Positions 29,556 to 39,400 of a stretch of 64,000 nucleotides of DNA are shown piece after piece. Every line of letters starts with the position of its first letter. Position 1 is the first letter of the stretch. The DNA is from Promethearchaeota archaeon. Lineage in GTDB: Archaea > Asgardarchaeota > Lokiarchaeia > Sigyniarchaeales > SOKP01. The translations under genes and the position numbers were made by a program. The notes beneath the pieces are model-generated. The model had not been told where the DNA came from. It searched no databases and saw only the letters and a list, made by a program, of their open reading frames with translations. The stretch covers positions 1-64,000 of the forward strand of contig JAGXNO010000007.1 of the NCBI GenBank assembly GCA_019894975.1, in the 5' to 3' direction.

Positions 29556-32549
29556 ATGTCCCATTTTAAATTAATATTAAAATATGCATTTTTAGATCTT
29601 AAAAAGCAAAAAATCAGGACACTACTAGCAATAGTCGGATTACTCATCTCCGTTGGGTTGCTTACTGTAATTTTATTTCTAAATGATTCAATTTCTTCTA
29701 GTTATGTAGATTATCTCACAATCGAGGCTGGCAACCAGGATGCTGTAATTACAGTGAGGCACTTTACAGGAGAACCAGAAGACAGATCGTCTTACTTTGA
29801 ATTTGATCCAATTATAAATACAATTAAAAACGTATCAACTAGAATTAAAAATTGCATTCCAAGAATGGATATATTTGGAACCATAAACGTATCTGAGGGT
29901 TTCAACACAACTGAATTAACGGGGGAAGAAGAATGGAGTGTAATTTCAGCAGTAAATTTTAGCTTTGAGAATGATATAAAATTTGGCTCTTTTATCAATC
30001 CCAATAATAACGACTTTCTTAATTTAGAGGAATTACCTTTAAATCATTGCGCAATCTATTATGGATTTAATAATATTATACGGTATGCAGTAAATAATAC
30101 CATTGAAATTAAAATGCAATTAAGCCACGGAAATGTCAATTATACAGTTACAAAAAACCTTACGATAGATGCCATATTTGATTTTAATCTGAAATGGTCA
30201 AATGAATATCGAAATAGGCACCTCATTGTAGTTGATATTAACACAATATATCAATATTTTGGATATGAAGAGTTTAATAGGCGATGCAGTCAATTAATAC
30301 TTACATTCAAAGAGGGTAGCAGTATCTATGATCTTAGGGATTTGGAAGGTACAAAATCGATTGTTAAAGATATAGCAAGTGATATTCAAGTCGCTATTGG
30401 AATTAAGGAGTATAATATTGATTTACCAAAATTACGAGTTTTAGGAAGGGCAGAGTTTGTGAGTGTATTAATTGTTATCGTTTTTATTTTTGTATCTATT
30501 GTAGCAATGCTCATCTCTGGAGTTTTAATTAACGGAATTTTAAAAACCTCAGTAGAAGAGAAAATAAGAGAATATGGTATATTTCGCACACTAGGTGCAA
30601 ATAAGAAATATAGCCTAGCAATTGTCTTAATGCAAGGATTTTTGTTATGCAATTTAGGCACAATATCAGGAATAGTTGTTGCAGACTTGATATCTAGGTT
30701 TGTAATAATACCATTTGCAAATACAGTAGTATCAACATCCACAATAGGTTTTACTAGAATATCATTTTCATTTAGTTTAACTTCAATATTAATATCTTAC
30801 GCAATGGGAATAGGTGTTGGAATGATTGTGAGCATATCTCCAGCCTTGAAGGCAATGCGACTTCAACTAATTGAATCAATTCATCCGTATCGCCATGAAG
30901 ATACGTTATATCGTTTACAAAAAAGAAGTTCAGTTAACTATAAAATAATTCTTGTTGGTATTATTCTAGCAATAAATGGGGGTTTTGTTTTTTATTTCAT
31001 TCCGAGGTTATTAATTTCTAATGATTCAAATCTATTTGCAGGAGTATTAATCGCTGTATTATTGCTATTTAACATAGGTTTGACTTTAGCTGGTTTAGGT
31101 TTGATACCAATTGTTTTAAGATTTGTGATACAAGTCTTTAGACCTCTTGCAGGGAGGTTACATAACGTAATTAAAATTTTCGTATTTCGATATCAGAGAA
31201 GAAATTCAAGTACAGTAATGATTTTTGCATTATCTTTTTCTTTTGTAATTTTTACATCTACTTTAATAAATACTCTTTCAGCACAATCAGCAGCAAATAC
31301 TCAATTAACATATGGTTCAGATTTAGTTATAGAAACCTCCGGTTGGGAAGAACCTGACGAATCATATATGGGAGGATTAGGGGGGGGTCCCTTTTTTCCT
31401 CTGTCTATCAATGATGGAGATTTAAGAACTAATGATCTACAAATTCAACAAATATCTATAAATATTGATAAAGTTATGACGATAGAATTTGAGGAACAAT
31501 TACTTTCAATTGATGGAATTGAAAAAGTGTCTTGTGTTATTGCAAAACCTTATCAGTTAACTCAAATCTATTCTGAAACTGATAAAGAGTTCAGTGCGGA
31601 AATAGAAGATTATACTACAAGTCAAGAAATTACCCTTATTGGAATTGATGAGGAATATCTATACACTGTTAAAAGGCAATATATTGAAATGACTTCAGGA
31701 AGTGTAGAAAGTGCATTTAATAATTTATTTAATGATGAAGATGAGTATACCTGTATTATTTCTGAAGCAATTGCAACCGGACTTAATTTACGAATAAGAG
31801 ATTCAATTAGAATAGTAATCCACAGAGGAGATGAATTAGAAGTTTACTTATTTACGATTGTTGGGATTGCTAAAAGTATTCCAGGATTTCCTTTTGAATT
31901 TGGAGTATCGAATATGCAAGCAATAATGAGTGGTGTTTTAATTTCCCAGAACACATATTTAGAAGTTTTAGATATACCCCCAATACCATATGTTGATAGA
32001 ATATTTATTAAATTACGAGAAGATGGTATTGTTTCCCCTTATTATATTGAGGAAATTATTAATGAACTTTATATAGCAGACTACAACTATAATTTATATA
32101 ATCTCGAAAGACTAATAACTCAACAGCAATCTGCTTTTTTTATAATAGATACTTTATTTACCTTGATCACGATGACTACTGTTTTTATTTGTATTTTTGG
32201 ATTACTTTCTTCATCCTATTCAACAATAATTGAAAGGAAAAAGGAAGTTGGTATTATAAGAACACTAGGGTTAAAAGGGAGGGAAATAAATCGTTTGTTC
32301 ATAATTGAATCATTAATAATAATGTTAAGTAGTGGAACGATAGGAATAATTGTTGGATGGCTTTCTGCGTGGATAGTAACCTCAAATTTAAGCGTATTAA
32401 CGGGTGAGCCAAACGTAATATATGTTCCGTGGTTTAATATAATTTTAATATATTTTATTTCAATATTTATGATACTAATAGGAATGAAATTACTTTTACG
32501 TAAAGTCCGAAAAAAAAAAATAGTAGATATCTATAGAGAGACGATGTGA
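29556..32549 (+). CDS. FtsX/MacB-like ABC permease, internally duplicated
   Basis: Two coupling motifs (EEKIREYGIFRTLGA; ERKKEVGIIRTLGL), two large extracellular domains. Confidence 0.9.
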   Translation: MSHFKLILKYAFLDLKKQKIRTLLAIVGLLISVGLLTVILFLNDSISSSYVDYLTIEAGNQDAVITVRHFTGEPEDRSSYFEFDPIINTIKNVSTRIKNCIPRMDIFGTINVSEGFNTTELTGEEEWSVISAVNFSFENDIKFGSFINPNNNDFLNLEELPLNHCAIYYGFNNIIRYAVNNTIEIKMQLSHGNVNYTVTKNLTIDAIFDFNLKWSNEYRNRHLIVVDINTIYQYFGYEEFNRRCSQLILTFKEGSSIYDLRDLEGTKSIVKDIASDIQVAIGIKEYNIDLPKLRVLGRAEFVSVLIVIVFIFVSIVAMLISGVLINGILKTSVEEKIREYGIFRTLGANKKYSLAIVLMQGFLLCNLGTISGIVVADLISRFVIIPFANTVVSTSTIGFTRISFSFSLTSILISYAMGIGVGMIVSISPALKAMRLQLIESIHPYRHEDTLYRLQKRSSVNYKIILVGIILAINGGFVFYFIPRLLISNDSNLFAGVLIAVLLLFNIGLTLAGLGLIPIVLRFVIQVFRPLAGRLHNVIKIFVFRYQRRNSSTVMIFALSFSFVIFTSTLINTLSAQSAANTQLTYGSDLVIETSGWEEPDESYMGGLGGGPFFPLSINDGDLRTNDLQIQQISINIDKVMTIEFEEQLLSIDGIEKVSCVIAKPYQLTQIYSETDKEFSAEIEDYTTSQEITLIGIDEEYLYTVKRQYIEMTSGSVESAFNNLFNDEDEYTCIISEAIATGLNLRIRDSIRIVIHRGDELEVYLFTIVGIAKSIPGFPFEFGVSNMQAIMSGVLISQNTYLEVLDIPPIPYVDRIFIKLREDGIVSPYYIEEIINELYIADYNYNLYNLERLITQQQSAFFIIDTLFTLITMTTVFICIFGLLSSSYSTIIERKKEVGIIRTLGLKGREINRLFIIESLIIMLSSGTIGIIVGWLSAWIVTSNLSVLTGEPNVIYVPWFNIILIYFISIFMILIGMKLLLRKVRKKKIVDIYRETM

Positions 32550-32553
32550 GGTT

Positions 32554-35500
32554 ATGTTAACTATGAAAACATTAAAAAGATCAATCAAAATTATTCTAAT
32601 TCTCATAATCCTCATTGCCCCCTTATATTTCAATATTAATTTAATAAAGTTGAAGTCTAAAGGAATAGATGAAAATAAAAATGATTTCTTAAGATCTACG
32701 GATATTGCTGGAACAGATCTTTATGCTGAGCAAATTGAAGTATATGTAGCGGGAAACAAATCTATCATCAAGCAATCCCTCTTTTCAAATGACACTAATA
32801 TTTTTTCTCAATTCGATTTAAATGATCCTGCTTTCTATAAATGTAATGTATTAATTAGTGCTTCAAACACTCTCAAACCAGATATATTCCCAATTCCTTT
32901 AACAGAAAGTATGATCCCTGATCAGTTTGCTTCAGGATTCAATAGATTTGTGGGATTCTTATATTATGATGATGAAGTTATTTCAAGTGATGCAAATTCA
33001 AGAGCTGAAAGGGCATTAGAGATTATTCGTAGGAAATTTCAAATTGACCTTATCATAGTTAATGTATCTGAACCCAATTTTTTTCCTTTTGTAGGAGATT
33101 ATCCTGATTGGGCTCTTTTACTTAATGAACTTACTAATAATCTACCAATGGATGGATATTGGAAAGCCTTAGATCTTTCTCGCTTAACTAGTGAAGAATA
33201 TTTCAATAACCATCATTTATCCTCTACATTTATAATTTTAAATTCTTTAAACTTTTTCGAAGGTGATTTCGAGATTACTACTTCTCAATTAGACTTTAGT
33301 ATTAATTCCCTTGATTTATCTTTCTTGGAGAATATAGAAAATAATGAACTCATTGAACAATTTAATAATATTTTAGATAATTATGGTGAGATACTCAATG
33401 CTACTATTTCAGAGGATGAATTGGAGCAATTTTTTGAAATTCTAAATTCATTTACTTTATTGAATAATTCTCATTATACTAATTTAGTAATACAATATGA
33501 GGGATTGCCCGAGGGAATATCTGAAATAAAGGAAAATCAGTATAGGTTTGATCTATGGGATGCCATTGGTTATCATGGTGAACCTCTTGCACCCAGTGAG
33601 AAAATTTATATTGCTCTTGTAGGTGCTTTTATGACAGATATTGAGATTAATATATTATGTACTGAAATTGTAGACACAACCCCGGTTAATTTCGAATTTT
33701 ATGATTATCTTTTGGAGCAAATTGGACTAATTTTTTATCTTGCTGGTATTGAATTCGATATACAAGCGCTTAAAGAATATTCATTTGAATTGTATTGGGT
33801 AAATGAAGAGGGGTTCAAGAATACTTATATTAAACCTGTTAATGTAGGTGATCCTTATGATATAGTTAATTTACTCCAACAGTTAGGTTTTAAAGGTTTT
33901 TCTTATATTCCTACTGGAATCGTAAATCCGTTTGAAGATTTTTCAATTACTTATAATATTTCGAATTCAGAACCCAATTTATTACTTCGAAAAGAACTTG
34001 TCGGAGATAATGCTTCCTATGGAGCATTTCGAGATTTCTCGTATTATATATCTGCTGAAAATGTAGGAAACACTACTAGTTGGGGATATCCAACCCCAAT
34101 TCCTCTAGAACTTAACGATTTCTTTTTACTTTTAACATTAGGTAATCAACCATTAGCAGATGAATTAAATAGTGTACTTTGGGATGTAATTCGCATTGAA
34201 TACCCTAATCAATATAGTTCCTTGGAGGATTTTTTTAACTTTGATGAAGATCCTCTTATTTTTTATTTTGATTCTCTAGGTACAGGAGTTTACGATACAT
34301 TTTTTCCAGATATATTGGATTTTACCAATTTATGGCCTTACAACGATAAAATAGAGAATATTATTGATATAATTGTGGTAGGTTATCCGCAATTAATTAG
34401 CACCTTAGCAATATTAGGTTTATCTACTGAAGACCTTAGGAATATATTTACTAATAATAATAGTATATGGAATGATGAAAACTGGAAAATAGAGCCAGGA
34501 AATAATATTTCTTACTATCTCCACAATGTTTCAATCAGCGAAATAGATTCTTTTACTCCAATATTTTCTAATAATTTTACCATAGGAACTGACCCTCAGA
34601 CTCCTGAGATAATTTATGGAACATCAATTAATGGAACTATCCCTGAAATGGCACTCTCGATGGATACAGAAAAATGGGTTATAGAATCGGTTGAAAGGCT
34701 TTTAAATCAAAGAATTGAACTAAATTTCGTTTTTAGAAATGATACTTTACTGGATTTAAAGAAGGATCCTTTAGAAATGGTTTCAATCATTATTAATTTT
34801 AGTGCCCCAGATTCGTTAGATTCATTAGATTTTGAAATTTATAATTTTGAGCTTGAGGAATTTGAAAATTTGGAGCCTTATTTAACGTCTTTTGAAAATA
34901 ACTCATGGAAATTCTCAATTGTTAACAATAATAATAGCTTAGATTGGTTATTTTATCCATTAGAACAAGATAATCATACTATGCTTTTCAAACTTAGAGG
35001 AATTGATTCTGATAATTTTAATATATCTATTAATGACCTTGATGTAGAATTTTCAACACGTGATATAAATATTAATGAAGATTCAGGTTCAAGAGTTGTT
35101 TACGGCTCTAGTACAGGTAATGTTCAATATGAAAGAAGATCTAATTCCATATCATTGAGCAATTATGATATGGCATCAATTATCCTCACTTCTTCTCTAG
35201 ATAGTTATAGTTCAAAAGAAGGAGATCTTAATAATTATCATCTTAATCTCAAAAATATTGGTTCTAGACCTGCTGAGAATATTTCAATTTCTTTAAAAAT
35301 TCCAGGGATAGTAGGAAATACCGGCAATTTCATACTTGAAAATGGTAATTTAACACATTTTATATCAAAGTTGGAGCCATTTGAAAATAGAACAATTAAT
35401 TTTTCTTTTTACGTGCCGAATACAAGGACCATTAGTGAAATATCAATAACGTATAATAACCCTAAAAACGTTCAGGGAGGAATTTCGTCTGAAATTGTTA

Positions 35501-36474
35501 CCTTAACCAATGAAGTTTATGTATCAGCACCACTAGATTATGAGAATAAATTTCCTTTTGTAAGATTATTAGAAATCAAATGTGATTATGACAATACCTT
35601 GCTTAATCAAAGTTTGTTTAACTTTACTTATAGTCTAAAAAGTTTTAATCCTAATGGAATTAAAACACCAGATATTAACATATCTATATATGACCAGATC
35701 GGAGATCTTAGGAGAGTAGATACTAATGACTTATATTTTGAAGACTTAGAATTTAATGAAACAATTTCATTTAATATAACAATTAGTAAAACTGGATGGA
35801 GAGGATATTACTATCCTGCAATAAATTATATTGAAAGTTCAGAAGCTAAAACTATTCAAATCTTAAGCTCCTCATCAAGTATACTCGGAGTAATTAATTT
35901 TTCAATAACTAAATATGTAGATAAAGAGCATATTAGAATTGGGGAAGAAATAACTGTATTCATCGAAGTCAAAAATACAGGTACCTTAAAAGTAGAAGAT
36001 ATCACGGTCAGAGATACAACTAGTTATTCCCAATCAGATTTTATGTTAATTAACGGCAAATTAATTAATCTTATAAATAGCTTAGAACCTGGAGAAATTG
36101 TCTCAATAAATTATACAATTCGAGCAAGGAAACAAGGTATAGTCACTTTAAAACCAGCTTTCCTTGAATTTTATTATTTATATAAATTAGAGTTATTTTC
36201 TAATAATGTTTTCATCAAAGTCAACTCATCTCCATTTGATCAATCTGTCTATATTATAGTCGCTGGAATTGTGGCTATCACTATTCTTTTAATATATTAT
36301 AGTCAAAATTCTAGATATAAAAAGAGTAAAGATAAGTTAGAAAGAAGAGAAAAGCTTATATTAAAGATGGATTCAAGAGAAGCAATTATGGGAACAAAAC
36401 CCACCTTAAGAGACCAATTAAGATTTTTATCGAGATCTACCAAAGAAAAAAATGATGTGGGGAGGAAATTATGA
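32554..36474 (+). CDS. large membrane-anchored surface protein with DUF11/CARDB/COG1361-like Ig repeats
   Basis: N-terminal signal/TM; acidic, sequon-rich body; repeats I.[AVL][EK]N.G and LEP.E....; C-terminal TM plus basic tail. Confidence 0.75.
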   Translation: MLTMKTLKRSIKIILILIILIAPLYFNINLIKLKSKGIDENKNDFLRSTDIAGTDLYAEQIEVYVAGNKSIIKQSLFSNDTNIFSQFDLNDPAFYKCNVLISASNTLKPDIFPIPLTESMIPDQFASGFNRFVGFLYYDDEVISSDANSRAERALEIIRRKFQIDLIIVNVSEPNFFPFVGDYPDWALLLNELTNNLPMDGYWKALDLSRLTSEEYFNNHHLSSTFIILNSLNFFEGDFEITTSQLDFSINSLDLSFLENIENNELIEQFNNILDNYGEILNATISEDELEQFFEILNSFTLLNNSHYTNLVIQYEGLPEGISEIKENQYRFDLWDAIGYHGEPLAPSEKIYIALVGAFMTDIEINILCTEIVDTTPVNFEFYDYLLEQIGLIFYLAGIEFDIQALKEYSFELYWVNEEGFKNTYIKPVNVGDPYDIVNLLQQLGFKGFSYIPTGIVNPFEDFSITYNISNSEPNLLLRKELVGDNASYGAFRDFSYYISAENVGNTTSWGYPTPIPLELNDFFLLLTLGNQPLADELNSVLWDVIRIEYPNQYSSLEDFFNFDEDPLIFYFDSLGTGVYDTFFPDILDFTNLWPYNDKIENIIDIIVVGYPQLISTLAILGLSTEDLRNIFTNNNSIWNDENWKIEPGNNISYYLHNVSISEIDSFTPIFSNNFTIGTDPQTPEIIYGTSINGTIPEMALSMDTEKWVIESVERLLNQRIELNFVFRNDTLLDLKKDPLEMVSIIINFSAPDSLDSLDFEIYNFELEEFENLEPYLTSFENNSWKFSIVNNNNSLDWLFYPLEQDNHTMLFKLRGIDSDNFNISINDLDVEFSTRDININEDSGSRVVYGSSTGNVQYERRSNSISLSNYDMASIILTSSLDSYSSKEGDLNNYHLNLKNIGSRPAENISISLKIPGIVGNTGNFILENGNLTHFISKLEPFENRTINFSFYVPNTRTISEISITYNNPKNVQGGISSEIVTLTNEVYVSAPLDYENKFPFVRLLEIKCDYDNTLLNQSLFNFTYSLKSFNPNGIKTPDINISIYDQIGDLRRVDTNDLYFEDLEFNETISFNITISKTGWRGYYYPAINYIESSEAKTIQILSSSSSILGVINFSITKYVDKEHIRIGEEITVFIEVKNTGTLKVEDITVRDTTSYSQSDFMLINGKLINLINSLEPGEIVSINYTIRARKQGIVTLKPAFLEFYYLYKLELFSNNVFIKVNSSPFDQSVYIIVAGIVAITILLIYYSQNSRYKKSKDKLERREKLILKMDSREAIMGTKPTLRDQLRFLSRSTKEKNDVGRKL

Positions 36475-39400
36475 TGCCAAATAAACGATCAAAAGCACTA
36501 CTTATAGTTTTTAGTCTATTAGCCACATTTTTCTACTCGAACTTATTGGTTTTTCAATTATCTCAAAGTTCTTCTAGTGCTCCAGAATTTGATTTTAAAA
36601 ATGATTATATTTCATCCTCAAGTAGTTTTCAAAAAGAAATTATTGTGTACTTCAATAAATCTACATACAACAACTCTGTCATTTCAAAATTTAATTACTA
36701 TGGAGGAACAATTCAAGATGAATGGAATAATTTATTTTCTTCTTTTTCTGGCTTTGCGGGGATTATTCCTTCAGAACAAAATAAGACACTATTCCATAAT
36801 GAATTCCTTGATGCCCAAATAGAAAATAATGAGATTTTGGAAACTTTAATGAATTATGCTTCGATTCAATCAGGAGCAATCAATTCCAGTTGGTTTTTAA
36901 ATGGATACAAAGGGGAAACAAATTGTTCCATTGCCGTGTTAGATACAGGGATTAATCCAACTCATACTTTTTTTCCAAATGGATATGACCATACTGATCT
37001 CAGAGGAGATATTGTTGGTTGGGAGAATCTAATTAATCCTAATCCTATATCTGATGAAAATGGTCATGGAACATATATATCTTCAATAATTTCTGGTACT
37101 GGTAATTATGAATATAATTCAACTAATCCTATATCGTTAAAAATTAACGGAAACTATTCTCATACAGAGCTGTTTGAAGAATCCTCTCCTGCGAAAAATT
37201 ATAGTCTAAAAATTCTTTCATTTAATGCTAGCACTCCTGATTCAGAGATTTTAGTAAATTCGTCATGGAATTTGCAAAGCAGTGGAATAGATGATCTATG
37301 GTTCGAATTGTTTTATGAAAATAATTTGGTAGGATATTCTCATAACCTAAACACAGATGTAAATTATATTATAAATTATACAATTCCTCAAAATGAGATT
37401 GGGATCTATGATTTATATATAAAATACCATAAACAATTTCAAAAAATTCCTGTATTTTCGTTTAGGACCTCAACACGCTATTATCCTGAATTTTTTATCA
37501 AGGATTATAGATACAACACTGGAATAGCAAATGGAACAAAGATAGCTTCCTATAAAATTCTTAATCAGTCTGGAATGGGATATTCTTCAGATTTAATCTC
37601 TGCTTTAGCTCATGTTATCAAAAATAGAACTGCATATCACATTATTAGTGTTTGTTTGAGTATCGGTACAATAGGGGATGATGTGGGAGCAATTAATAAT
37701 GCAATAAATGAGGTTATTAAAAATGGTGTTTTGGTTGTTATTGCTGCAGGAAATTCAGGGATTGAAACGTCGGATGCTTTGAATAAATTAGCAACAAACG
37801 AAAATGCAATTGTAGTTGGAGCAATAAATGACAAAGATCAAGTTGCTTCTTTTAGTAGCATGGGGAAAATAGCAGGAAATACTCTTAAACCTGATATTGT
37901 TGCTCCAGGGGGTAGTCTATTATCTGGACACCGAACTATAAACTCTGCTGGTGAAGAATCAAATGAAATAACAACAGGTTATGGTACTTCTATTGCTGCA
38001 GCTATAGTATCAGGAGCAATAAATTTACTGATTGAGGCTAAATGGGTAAATTGGAATCAATGGGATCAAATGAACATTTCTGAATCGGTTAAATATCTTA
38101 AAGCAATCTTATTAATGACTGCTTCAGAAACGGGTATGCTAAGAGAAGATGACCCAAATACGATAGAGGATGAAAGTACTTATTCACCAACAACATCTTT
38201 TGCTCCTTTTACTTATGGTTTAAAAGATATTCATGAAGGATATGGAAGAGTAAATATTCAGGCGGCTATTGATGCAATTTCTAAAACTTTTGAAGTTAAT
38301 ACATCTGTTAATGGGAATCTGATGAACTCTCAAGAAGATCCGATAGGTTCTCACGTGTTTGCTCGTAAAATAGAACTAATAGAAGGTTACCAGTATCTCT
38401 TTAATCTCTCTGATGTAGATGCAGAGGATGATTTTGATTTATATTTATTTTCAAATACATCAAATCAATATGGAGAACCTATTTTACTAGAGTCTTCAAG
38501 AAAATGGTATGGGGATTTTGATTATTTTTATTTTACCCCAAAAAATAATCAAACAAACTGTATCATCACGATTAAAGCAATTGAAGGAAATTCTCAGTTT
38601 TCTTTGAATGTCTCAGTGGTTGAAAATCTTTTTGAACCTGAATTAAGAATTCCAGAAATTAATTATTTTGGTGGTGTTAAAAACACAACAATAATGAGCT
38701 TTCAGGAATTTTTTGGAAATGAGCCGAATAAAAATTACAGCATTGATAGCTATAGATTTTATATTGAATATTATGACAATGACACCTCAAACATTCCACC
38801 TCAGGAGGTTTATGTATCAATTATGGGGATTTCCACAAACTATACCTTAACAAAGTTTAATCCTCTTGATAATAATTTTACCAACGGAGCGCTCTACATA
38901 AGTGACTATATATCTTTCCCAAGATCTGGTTTGTTTCAATATTTTTTTATCACAAGTGATGGGAAATTTATTACTAGGTATCCAAAAATGGGTTTTTTTA
39001 ATATCACAATTGAATTTCCAACAGATAGTGTCCAATTTCCTTTTGAACATGATTTCGACGATGGCTTGGGTAATTGGACATATACTGGAACGGGTTGGAA
39101 TGTATTGAATCAGTCCAATAATAAAGATAATCGATCAAGAATTTATCAAGATTCTTGGAATTCATTATATTTTGGTACTCATCATAATTTTCCAGAAAAT
39201 TATACTTATCAACCAATTAGAATAACAGAAGACCCTTCCCTAAATGGATCTTTAATTAGCCCTCTTTATAATTTGACTCAAATTAATGAGAATAAAACAC
39301 AACCATTTGCTAAATTTGGTTTAAGAGTTAGTATCAATTCAGGTGATTTCGTAAATTTACAAATAAATTTAAATTGGACCGGATGGTTGACACTCAGGAC

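Noticed and set aside
32510-32520. A11 homopolymer at the end of permease 1 (and A-runs near 41270) as phase-variation sites
   Set aside because: They encode Lys runs within a few codons of the stop; such runs are common in this AT-rich genome and the frames are intact
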